Under the pieces are notes generated by a model. That model was given only the letters and a program-made list of their open reading frames with translations, ran no database searches and was not told where the DNA came from. A program made the translations under genes and the position numbers. A stretch of DNA of 64,000 nt from Octopus sinensis (lineage: Eukaryota). Below, one piece after another: positions 38,737 to 50,612 of this stretch. Position 1 is the first letter of the stretch; each line of letters begins with the position of its first letter. The stretch lies in assembly GCF_006345805.1 (NCBI RefSeq), contig NC_043007.1, forward strand, positions 71,114,001-71,178,000, read 5' to 3'.

Positions 38737-41700
38737 TATCAGATGTGACAATTATAAGTCTTTAACTAATTATAAATTAGTTCTAGTAAATCATAGATTG
38801 AGTTTGTTACTAGAGTTGAAGTGTTCACTGGTATTAAAGTTTACTTATGTTGAGTGAAGCAGATAGAATAATATGCTTCTAGTTAGCATTTGAAATTACT
38901 GAGTTTGTGGTTTGCTGTGTGTGTGTGTATAGTCTACACTATATGATTGTTATGGTTGAGAAACAATAAAGAGAAAGAAATCTGTCCCTTGCTGTGGTTG
39001 TTGGCTATTTTACTAAAATAGTTGGCAAATAATAAATTCAATTATTCAAGCCCTAAACTATTGGCATTCCTCGTAATGAACAACAATATAGAGTGAAAAA
39101 TAGAGGATGAATCGATGAATAGAGATATGTCTAAACAGAGAAAGTGAGAGAGGATGAGGGAACTATATGGGAAGGAAAGGGGCAGAATAGTTACACGGAG
39201 TGAGCAAATGAATAAGAGAGAGAAGTGGGGAGGTTAGCAAGGAGAGAGAGAGAGAGAGAGAGAGAGAAGAGAGAGAGATAGAAAAGGGGAAATGGAAGGA
39301 GGAGGAGTAGCAGGTTGTGTGCATGTGTGTGCTCATGTAAAAGTTATATCTAAGACACTATGAAACACTTCTCCTAAGCTGCCAATTCTGATAAAAGTTT
39401 TGTCTTAAGTTGCATTGTTACCTTTGAAGATAAAACCCATGTGCCAAAAGTAGACGATAGATTTATTTGAAATCTCAGTGTAGCTTGCAGCAAAGATCAA
39501 TGTTTGTGAAGTCTTCTGAGACACTTTGCTCTGACTCTAACTTTAGCCTACTTCCACTGTTTCTCCAGGAATAATGCCAATAAGTTTGTTTATGGCCAGG
39601 CAGGCAGGCAGGCAGACAGGTTGGTATGTTGGCAGATGAGGGTGGGGGTCAGGGTAAGACAACAGTACTGAAACTGTTGTTTAATCAATGTTTGTAATTG
39701 AGGGAAGCAGCATCTCTTCCACTCAATCAGGAGAATGATTGCTCTGAATTTTACCACTCTCTCTGGCACTTTTTAATTACTCTACAAGCATCAAGGCTTA
39801 TTTCAACAATGGTTTTTGCCTTTATTTTTATTGACTTTAATTAACTTAACAATTAGAGGATCTCTTTATTAACTTTTTTTGTTTATTAATCCACTGTTAT
39901 TTATTTCATTACATTTTCTGCTTAGTTGTAGCCAACATAGCCTCCACACCGCACATTGGGTTTGTTTGGGTTGGAATGGCTACTACTTTAGAAAACAATG
40001 TTTCCTAAGCAGTGCAGGCAAAATGTGTGAATTATTTGGTCCATTCCACATGTTAACTTTGATAACTTAGATATATTTCAACCAAAGATTGGCCAAGGCC
40101 ATGTTTAAGTTAGTAGCACTGTCTCATAAACAGACAAACACACAGACACTAATTTTTTAAAGTCAAGTTCTGTGGCCCATTTAAGCAGGGAGTTTTTGTT
40201 TACTGAGCTGCATCCAGGTATAGGGGGCTTATTTGGTATCCCTTGAAGAAATTTGTCCAAGTCTCATTTGAAGGTGATTTAATCTTTTTTTTTATTTGTT
40301 TTGGGATAATGTTAAATAGAGCAGGGCTTGTTGAGGAAAAGAAATTGAGATGCTGTGAATTTATGTGTTGTGAGCCTGAATTGTGTAGGGAGCATACAGT
40401 ATGTGGTCCCAGCCTTGGATGATTCTAGCTGAGTTCCTCAGCATTAAGAGAGTGAAGTTTCTTCCCTGAACACTTATTTATTGTCACAGAAAGATGATGC
40501 TTATGGTGATGCATTCAAATTCTATTAAAGGCATGTTATTCAGTTTATCCTTTATCTTTTACTTGTTTCAGTCATTGAACTACAGCCATGCTTGGGCACC
40601 ACCTTAAAAGGGTTTTTTTGTCAAATGAATTGACCTCAGTACTTTTTAAATACTGGTGCTTATTCTACAAATCTTACTTGCTGAACTGCTAAAATACATA
40701 GACATACACAAACCAAGATCAGATATCAAGCAAGGGGTTGGGGTACAAACACAGTTTACTTCAGATAACCAAAATCGAAAGAGGTAATAGCACTCATTTC
40801 TTGAGCAAGTGGTTATTATATTCAACAATGATGCTGCCTTAAAAATCTGTTAACTGATGCAAATGTGTACAGTGTGACCCATACTACGACATAGAAATAT
40901 ATTTTAAAATATTTCAAAAAATTTTTTGGAATTAAAAAATATTAAATTTCAATATTCATTATTGGCAAAAAAGTATTTTGAAAGAAAAGATAAAGGATTG
41001 TTATGGATGGTTATTATCTCGAGTCGTCAGACCATGAATCGTATTAATGATGGAAATATGAGGGGTAATTATGTTAATTGTATGTGTGTGTGTGTGTTTG
41101 TGTGTGAGTAGGGAGTGCATTAATAAAGATCATATTAATAGTTTTATTGGTGGCAGTTGGGGTTGTGTTAATGATGGATGGACGATTGCCTTGATGAGGG
41201 TGAGAGAGTTCAAGTGGGGTGGGTGAGGAGTGGTGGCAGTAACAGTCCTTATGGTGGTCGTGGGGAAGTATGCTTCGGATGAGAATGACAGTCATCATAT
41301 CACTATTACGACAATCATCATTATGACCACCTTTGTTACAATAATGGTAGTGGTGGCCATGGTGCCAGCAGTGACAAAACTGATAATGATTAATGTATGT
41401 TGAGATTATATTAAACACTGATCTTCCCACCCGTACCCCTTTCTGATCCCCTTACTCTCCATATTTATTGATTTTCAAAGAGCAACACCATGTCTGATTA
41501 TTATGTTTTTAATGTACTTTTATACAGAATTTTCATGAAATTAGTCATTGATCTTATATCGAAATTTTAATATGATTTAGTCATTACAGAGTTGTAGTTA
41601 TGTTGATAGTTCTGATATTGTTGTAATATTCCCATATATTTAATATAGATATTATATGTTGAACATTGCTGCAGTTTTATTGTTGATTGTGTTATTGTTA

Positions 41701-42302
41701 TTACACTGTAATAATTTTAAAGTAATGTCCCTTACATTATTAATGTTTTATTGATTATTGTAGTTGGTATGTAGAGTTTATATAGTTTGGTAAAGGTATT
41801 TTATTATTGAAAAATTTTTTGTATCTAGTTTTTTCTTTTATATATTATTGTACTTTGCTATGTTTGTTACACAATTGTTTTAATGTAAGTTTTTGATTGC
41901 TATATTCTTATAATTTTAATATAGTTTGCTGCTAAACTGTTATACTTTAATATATTTTCATTTTCGATTATATATTAACACCTTTAATTAATTAAAAATT
42001 TTGAAAAAAATCTGTATTTGAAAAGCTTTCAGCTTTCTGCTGAATAAAAGCTTTTAACAACAACAACAACAAATATTACAAAAGCCTGTGTCCATACATT
42101 AGGCATGCAGTTTACATAATTATAATAATTACATATTCATGTATATTGTATGTATATTGCAAGTGGGTGTATGTGTGTCTATGTGTGTGTGCATGTATTT
42201 GTGCTTGTATGTATTCAGTTGTGTGCATATGTGTGTATATATATTATTATATATATATATATATATATTATATATATTATATATATATATATATATAGAT
42301 AT

Positions 42303-42344
<42 letters not shown>

Positions 42345-42698
42345 ATATATATGTATGTATATGCATACATATCTCGTTTACACACAAATGCATTTTGCTA
42401 TGAACATTGATTTTCCATATTTATGTGTACAAATATACCTGTGTGGGTATATTTCTGTGTGCATCTGTGTGAGTGCATGTTTGTGTGTGTAGACATAAAT
42501 AGACAGATAGATATATAGATACACACACACACATATAGTTTTGCACTTCTGTGTTTTCATCCATAAACCTATGTATGTACACAGAAATCCATATATATGC
42601 ATTCATGTGAATATAACAGATTTTCTATGGCTCACATTTTTTCCCATTGATATAACCATATTTTTTTAAAAATAGTATTTCGTGCACAGGGACATATG

Positions 42699-42738
<40 letters not shown>

Positions 42739-42836
42739 TAATGTTTGTTTTCACGTTATGATAAAAACAGCTTTACATTAAACTGAAGGACTTCTCAATA
42801 CATTTGGTCCAATTTAAATTTGTTATTCTTTAACAA

Positions 42837-42946
42837 GAATAGTATTGACAGTAACTTTGAAGTTTTCAACCAGCTAAGCCATCTTCAGACAGTTTGATGA
42901 TGGTTTAACCAGCCAAAGCTTCGAAGTCACTGGTAGTATTATTCTC
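42837..42946. repeat. Short inverted pair of degenerate hammerhead-like arms
   Basis: Minus arm ctgaagatggcttagctggttgaaaacttcaaagttactg versus plus arm ttgatgatggtttaaccagccaaagcttcgaagtcactg. Confidence 0.55.
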
Positions 42947-42948
42947 AT

Positions 42949-42988
<40 letters not shown>

Positions 42989-43130
42989 TATATATATATG
43001 TGTGTAATAATAATAATTTGAGGGAATATTATTCCTAACTTACAGGGAAAAATTCAATTTAGAAATACTAAATCAAATTTCACAAAATATAATATATATA
43101 TATATAATATATATATATATAATATATATA

Positions 43131-43163
<33 letters not shown>

Positions 43164-43564
43164 AATTAGAAAAAATATTTAATATTTAATATTTCTATTA
43201 TATGTAATTTTCTTGATAGTGTAATTTAATTGTTCATTTTGAATTGATTAAAGGTGTTTTTTTTCCTAATTTACATATATATATATATCTTTTAAATTTG
43301 TTTGTGGGAAACATTCCGAATATGCAAATAGAACTTGCTTGGCCTTCATACAGGTAAAAAGGGATAAACATCCCTCTGTTGTACATCAGCTAATGTTATA
43401 TCACCTGAAAAAATAAATCCATGAAGATGATCTACCCAATGCCCACGGATACTACAGACTACACTGTAACCATTTCAAGAATATGGATTGTGACTTTTAG
43501 GAGTCATGTGATTTGTGGAAATGCGCATAGCAATGCATTAAATGTTTATAAATTCCATCCAAGG

Positions 43565-43605
<41 letters not shown>

Positions 43606-44159
43606 GTTATATATATATATAATGTGTTGGTTCATGGTATAATTCAACAAAGGAGCACTCCATTCAGTGCGAGTCAAATATTTCTGTTTAAAGATTACAA
43701 TACATATCTTTGGGCGCCACTAACAATTTCATCTGTCTGGAAATTCAAACATGTTCTTCAGGCATATATCACTCTTTCTAATGAACTAAGAACTTTAAAT
43801 CTGGTGTGGGACATGAGCATACATGAAAAAACGTGAAGAAAATGGTAGCGTATAAAAAATCCTAAACTTCTAACCAAAAACGAAACCAAGAGACCTGATG
43901 CAAATGTAAATGATGTATGAAATTTAATGTAAGTTAAATGCAAATTGTGTAAGGAGAGTAAAAATGTATATGAAAATTAAATGTATAATATAAGGTAAAA
44001 ATGTAAAGGTATAAATATAAGAAATGTTGGGGATGTAAAAATTTATAAATTTATAAAGGGTTAAAAATAAACCTAAAGAAATACTAAATTAAGTAGGGAA
44101 TATATATATATATAGTTGAAAAAAGATTAGCGATGTATACAAATCAAATTTTTATATAT

Positions 44160-44550
44160 AAAAGATGGAGGTGGAAATAGCGCAGAAGTAAATCTAAGAC
44201 ATTTCAATTTGGAAAGAATTTAATAAAATGATTTAAAAATTGTATGAAGAAAATATAGAATATTACTGGTTTCAGTGATGAATCTCATCTTATCAAATAT
44301 TAGTAGAAATTTATAAAAATTTGAAGTAAAAACAGCTTATCTTCATGCTTTTGACCCCCAGACAGAAGATAAACTACTTTTACTTCAGATTTTTATAAAT
44401 TTCTACTAATATTTGATAAGATAAAATTCATCATTGAAATTGGTAATATTCTGTATTTTCTTTATATAATTTTAAAATCATTTTATTAAATTCTTTCTAT
44501 AATGAAATGTATTAAATTTACTTCTGTGCTATTTCCACCTCCATCTTTTA

Positions 44551-44552
<2 letters not shown>
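44160..44552. repeat. ~390-bp palindrome between (TA)n tracts
   Basis: Arms of about 185 bp (aaaagatggaggtggaaatagc...cttatcttc / gaagataa...gctatttccacctccatctttt) around a loop of about 20 nt. Confidence 0.85.
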
Positions 44553-44587
<35 letters not shown>

Positions 44588-44592
<5 letters not shown>

Positions 44593-45520
44593 GGTGGCAC
44601 ATAAAAACACCTTCCGAAGACCCGGCAAGACTAGTCAGTCCACCTGTGCATACCTTCCTTCTTGTGACACTTGTGAAGACCGGTTGAGGCAAGTGAAAAT
44701 CAAATCAAATCAAATCAAAATAGACAAAATAGATGAACATCAATGGAATTTGTATCTTGTGGTACCAGTGCCTGTGGCACACAAGAAATCCATCAGTGCT
44801 GTTGTCAGTGCGGTGGGCACATGACAAACACCATCCGATCGTGGCGTTCGCCAGCCTCATCTAGCACCTGTGTCGGTGGCACATAAAAACACCATCCGAA
44901 GACCCGGCAAGACTAGTCAGGCCATAACCCATGGCCCCTACCTGGGACGTAGTCAGTCCACCTGTGCATACCTTCCTTCTTGTGACACTTGTGAAGACCT
45001 GTTGAGGCAAGTGAAAATCAAAACAAATCAAAATAGATGAACATCAATGGAATTTGTATCTTGTGGTACCAGTGCCGGTGGCATGTGGCACACAAGAAAA
45101 CCATCCGAACGTGGCCGTAGCCAGTACCGCATCGACTGGCCTCCGTGCTGTGGGCACGTAACAAGCACCATCCGATCGTGGCCGTTTGCCAGCCTCATCT
45201 GGCACCTGTGTCGGTGGCACATAAAAACGCCATCCGAGCGTGGCCGTCTGCCAGCCTCGTCTGGCACCTGTGTCGGTGGCACATAAAAACACCATCCGAG
45301 CGTGGCCGTTTGCCAGCCTCGTCTGGCACCTGTGTCGGTGGCACATAAAATCACCCACTACACTCTCGGAGTGGTTGGCGTTAGGAAGGGCATCCAGCTG
45401 TAGAAACACTGCCAGATCTGACTGGACTGGTGCAGCTTTCGGGCTCCCCAGACCCCAGTTGAACCGTCCAACCCATGCTAGCATGGAAAGCGGACGTTAA
45501 ATGATGATGATGATGATGAT
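44588..45520 (+). mobile_element. Long family D element with an internal array of 9 GGTGGCAC-N-TAAAA-CACC motifs
   Basis: Three near-perfect 62-bp units at about 45150-45336, a duplicated 180-200-bp module (about 44615-44772 and 44898-45076), and a (GAT)n tail. Confidence 0.9.
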
Positions 45521-45521
45521 G

Positions 45522-45559
<38 letters not shown>

Positions 45560-46725
45560 AAACAGTTAGGCGCAATATAATATCATCACCAGTTGTGACT
45601 GAGGCTGTGCCAAAGCACCTAGTGTTCCTAGGGATGCTCATGAGGCAGTTATCTCCCTGGTCAGTGTGTGTATATATTGCATGCTTCTTACAGCATTAAA
45701 AGTTTCTAACTCGTATTTCTTGCAAAATAGGTGCTTTGACATACTCAGTTGCAATTATTGACAATAAAATTTTTATTTTTCCTACACACACACATACACG
45801 CACACACACACACCCACACATTTGCTTAATGTGGTAGATGAAATATGGAAGATATGAGAATCTTTATTGATCCTTACAATTGTTGTGACCCATTTAGCAT
45901 TGATCCCTCATGGGTGGGGTTCTGAACATTGGGTTTAGGTGTAACTCTCGATGTAGATGTTTCTCCTCTGGTGATTTCAATAGGTATCTCATTTAAATAA
46001 ACTCTGTTTTTTAAGATTCCTTCTTGGTGTTCGTATATAGAAGTGGCAAATAAAGGTATACAGCTTCATTCTTATTGAAGATCCATAACATATATCAGAT
46101 ACAAAAAGAAACAAGTACACAATACAACAAAAAAAAAGGATAATAAATTTGTACTGAGTAATCCTTCAGTTTCATGTAAAACTGTTTTTACCGTACCATA
46201 AAAACAAAATCTACTATATGTCTATATATATATATAAATATTTGAGTGTGTGTGTGTGTGTGTTTGATAGAACAATCATGAGAAATAGAACTCAATACAT
46301 GAATGTTTATACTTTTATATTTTAAATGGATAGAAGTTACAGAAGTAACTCAAGGGCCAAGAACTTTGTGGATGACGCTTATCAGTTTAAGTGCCATGCA
46401 CAAATCCCTCAGTCGTGTGTGTGTGTGTGTGGTGTGTGTGTGTGTGTGTGTGTGTGTTTAGCCACACATACATGAATAAGTAAAACAATGTTATTAATTG
46501 CACACAGTATTGTCAGGATATAATCTTTCATCCTCATCATCATCATCTTCATCACATTTGTTTTAAAACACTCTGGTTGTGTAGTAAGTAATTTGCTCCC
46601 CAACCACATAGTTCTGGGTTCAGTCCCACTGTGTGGCACATTGGGTAAGTTGTCTTCCACTTTAGCCACTGGCTTACCAAAACCATGTGTATGGATATGG
46701 TAAACAGAAACTGAAAGAGCCTCTC

Positions 46726-46799
<74 letters not shown>

Positions 46800-47054
46800 C
46801 TAACATGGCAGTCCAGAAAAATAGGACGAATGCTATGTTAACTTGGTGATAACTATTAATATCCAGTACCACTGCCGTAGTCTCCTTTAGAGAGACTTAG
46901 AAATATTAATATTTATATATATATATATTAGTCACAATGAGAATATTCAAACCTCTTATAAGGGATATTTATCCAAGATACACTGGTTTAATATATTAAA
47001 GTTTGAAGAGATAATTCTTCAATGAACATATTATATAGAATATCATATATATAT

Positions 47055-47100
<46 letters not shown>

Positions 47101-47395
47101 ATATATATATATATATTTGTGTTTTTGTTTGACACCCAACATTGCTTGACAGCTAGTGCTGATGTGTTTATGTCTCCATAACATTCCAGTTCAGCAAAAG
47201 GCTTAAAAAAATAATTACTGGGGTTGATTCATTCAACTAAAAATTCTCCAAGGTGGTGCCCCAGCATGGCCACAGTCTAATAACTGAAACAAGTAAAAGA
47301 TAAAAGATCATAGCCACCATCATTACCAATACCCTTCTCATCACATTAAAACATATGCTAAAGTGATGTCTGTTGTTTTTGTTATCATCATTATT

Positions 47396-47865
47396 GAGTG
47401 AGGGAGCAGTGCATACCATTAAAGTGACACTGGAGTAATATGAATCCCAATATACTACCTGTCTGATAAGGGTGTAAGAGGCACATACATCATAACTATA
47501 TGTGCATGACCTTGCAGGTGGTGCTCAGTTAGAGTTTTCTTCAGGTCAAGGAACCTATCCTGCACAAAAGGTCTCTGAATAAGGGTTGTTGATAGATGTT
47601 TAACAAAACACCCATGTTTCCAGAGGTGAATTATTCAAACCCAAAAGAATTTGTTTCTACATATGGCTATGATGCTCCTCCACTACTTTTGCTTGTGATC
47701 AGAGATGCACATATCGCCAGCCACTCAGGGACATGCTCAACTGGTTGAGGTCAGACAACTGACAAGCAGAATATTTGCTATAGCCCATCTTTTACACCAA
47801 GACAAGACATGTACATGATAACACTTCCAATCATTTAAGATCAGAAGCTATGAGAGCCAGCTCTT
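47396..47865 (+). mobile_element. Family E element (copy 2), starting after atcatcattatt
   Basis: Homologous to 24230-24742. Confidence 0.7.
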
Positions 47866-48225
47866 GGTACTGCATTTTGGCATTCCTCTCATCCTTTTCC
47901 CTAATTTCCTCATCTTTTTCATTGTTTAATGTCCGTTTTCCGTGCTAGCACATGTTGGAGGGTTTGACCAGGGTCTGGGAAGTCAGGAGGCTGCACCAGG
48001 CTCCAGTCTGATCTGGCAGTGTTTCTACAGCTGGATGCTCTTTTTAACACCAACCACTCCGTGAGTGTAGTAGGTGCTTTTTACGTGCCACCAACACAGG
48101 TGCCAGGGGAAGCTGGCAGCAGCCATGATTGGTTGGTACTTTTTACGTACCACTGGCACGGAAGCCAATCAAGGCAGCGCTAGCATCCGCCACATTCGGA
48201 TGGTGCATTTTAGGGAAAAGGTGAA

Positions 48226-48299
<74 letters not shown>

Positions 48300-48300
<1 letters not shown>

Positions 48301-49620
48301 TATGTTTGACTTTTGCTTTATATTTGTACAAGTTGGCTCCAAGTCTCACTCAGAGACCTCAAGAGACAACAGGGTTGGAAGTTCATGTTGTTGTTATGCC
48401 TAGTGTGCCATATATTTGGGGGGTGGGGGTGTTGTACTAACGAATGTCTAAATTTTTTTTTTTTTTTTTTAAACCGAAAATTATGTTTGTTTTAAACCTT
48501 GAGATTACATAGAAAGTTTCCTGGTATCTGAGTTAGGTAGCTATCAGCCCCTTTTGCTATCATTCCCAGGGCACCTATGACAACAGGTATTGTTTTAGTC
48601 TTCAGGTTCCACATTTTGCTGATTTCTATTTCAAGATCTTTATATTTGCTCAGTTTTTGGTAGGTCTTGACAGATACGTTTATATCGATTGGGACAGTCA
48701 TATCAATGAGGAGGCATGTTCTTTGTTTGAAGTCTTTCAATATGATGTCTGGCCTATTTGCACCTATCTTTCTGTCAGTTTGAATGGTGAAGTTCCAGAG
48801 GAGTGAGATGTGGTCATTTTCAAGCACTGGGGGTGGTTTGTGTTCCCACCAGTTTTTTCATGGGGCAAATCCAGGTTTTTACAGATTACCCAGTGAATAT
48901 ATTGTGCAGCTCTATCGTGCCTGTTGAGATACTCTGTAGGCGCTAGAAGACTGCACTTGGAGACCACATGGTCAATGGTTTCATTTTGTTGCTTGCATAC
49001 ACGACACGTTGGACTGCTTCTGATCTTTAATATGTTGGCCTGGTAGTTTCTTGTTGGTAGGCATTGATCTTGAGCTGCTATGATAAACCCCTCTGTTTCA
49101 GATTTTATGCCAGAGGCCATTAGCCATTGGTGGGTCAGGGGTTTGTCAACATCTGCATTATTTGCTCTCTTTGGGTATTTGCCATAGAGAGGTTTTTCTT
49201 GCCACTTATCATTCAGAATATCTAAGGCCGCAGATTTAGCACGGGTTTTCATGCGCTTAGCTTTTTATGTGCCTGTTTCTTGTATGTCTATCTCTAATTC
49301 CGAAATTTGTTGTATTCGGAATTCACTTAGATATTCCTTTGCCTGTTTTGTTACTGAGTATGATGCTTTCTTGTTTTCATGTTTTGAGACAAGTTTTAAC
49401 ATCCAGTCCTCAGAGTTTTTCAGGTAGGTGTCTAGGCCAATTGTAGCAATCTTCATTGTTATTGCCAGTTGTAAAAGTCCACGGCCTCCCTCTTTTCTTG
49501 GCAGATAAAGTCGTTCTGTATCTGCCTTAGGGTGGTGCATTCTATGCATTGTCAACAGTTTTCGTATTTTTCTGTCAAGATTACATATTTCAGTAATTGA
49601 CCAGTTAACGATATTGAAAC

Positions 49621-49621
<1 letters not shown>
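48300..49621 (-). mobile_element. 5'-truncated R4/Dong-clade non-LTR retrotransposon (RT thumb, CCHC, restriction-like endonuclease, 3'UTR)
   Basis: ORFs give HPKADTERLYLPRKEGGRGL, ETEGFIIAAQDQ, CRVC..ETIDHVVSKC, YLNRHD, RPDIIL..IDMTVP, KLSKYKDL and IPVVIGALG. There are frameshifts and a deletion after IPGN. (TAA)n lies on both sides (48226-48299 and 49621-49675). Confidence 0.92.
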
Positions 49622-49653
<32 letters not shown>

Positions 49654-49855
49654 GTTATTATTATTATTATTATTTTCATATACGCTCAACAGATTAGACT
49701 GTTGGAAAAGAAAAGAATCCTAACTTTGAGTTATAGCAAGTAGCATTAGATGCTAAGAACCCTTCTACTGGGTTACAACAAGTAACCTTAGATGTCAGGA
49801 ACCCTTCTAAGTATCCTAGCCCTCCCTAATAACACTGTTTTCTGGAGCTGCTATG

Positions 49856-49896
<41 letters not shown>

Positions 49897-49907
49897 CATT
49901 ATTGTTA

Positions 49908-49944
<37 letters not shown>

Positions 49945-50313
49945 GGTATTGAGATTTTGTTTGATTCCCCATAAAATACTTCAGTTAATACATTTGTTCT
50001 TTTTCTCATCACATGAACTGACAAAGTTCTTTATTCTCTGCATTCACAAATACTAAACATTTTGTGATCAAGGGCTCCCTTTTGGCACGTATTTCCTAGG
50101 AAGAAAAACAAAACACATCAGTTGTAAAACCTGTTTAGTTTTTTATATTGTTTTTTCTTCTGCTTACTGTTACTTGTTTTGTTGCTGTTGTTATTATAAT
50201 TTCATAGAACAGTGTTTGGTGAAATATTGAGACATCACACTTCTAAGATAATACTTTGGGGATGGAGCAGCAGCAGCAGCAGTAGTTGTGGTAGCGGTAG
50301 TAGTAGTGGTAGT

Positions 50314-50545
50314 AAGGCAGCGAGCTGGCAGAAACGTTAGCACGCCGGGCGAAATGCTTAGCGGTATTTCGTCTGCGTTACGTTGTGAGTTCAAATTCCG
50401 CTGAGGTCGACTTTGCCTTTCATCCTTTCGGGGTTGATAAATTAAGTACCAGTTACGTACTGGGGTCGATGTAATCGACTTAATACCTATGTCTGTCCTT
50501 GTTTGTCCCCTCTGTGTTTAGCCCCTTGTGGGTAATAAAGAAATA
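50314..50545 (+). mobile_element. SINE family B copy in a (GTA)n tract
   Basis: Clean head, core and tail. ggtagtagtagtggtagta is duplicated on both flanks (TSD). Confidence 0.88.
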
Positions 50546-50580
50546 GGTAGTAGTAGTGGTAGTAGTAGTTGTAGCATCAT

Positions 50581-50612
<32 letters not shown>

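Noticed and set aside
43300-44100. Possible 3' end of an L1/Tx1-like element
   Set aside because: Too degraded to identify motifs by eye.
44588-45360. CRISPR-like repeat/spacer appearance
   Set aside because: Eukaryotic context, no cas genes, and the spacers recur and are homologous. Reported instead as a modular retro-element.
45028-45500. Several 67-146 aa ORFs on both strands
   Set aside because: By-products of the GC-rich 62-bp tandem units, with no recognisable domain.
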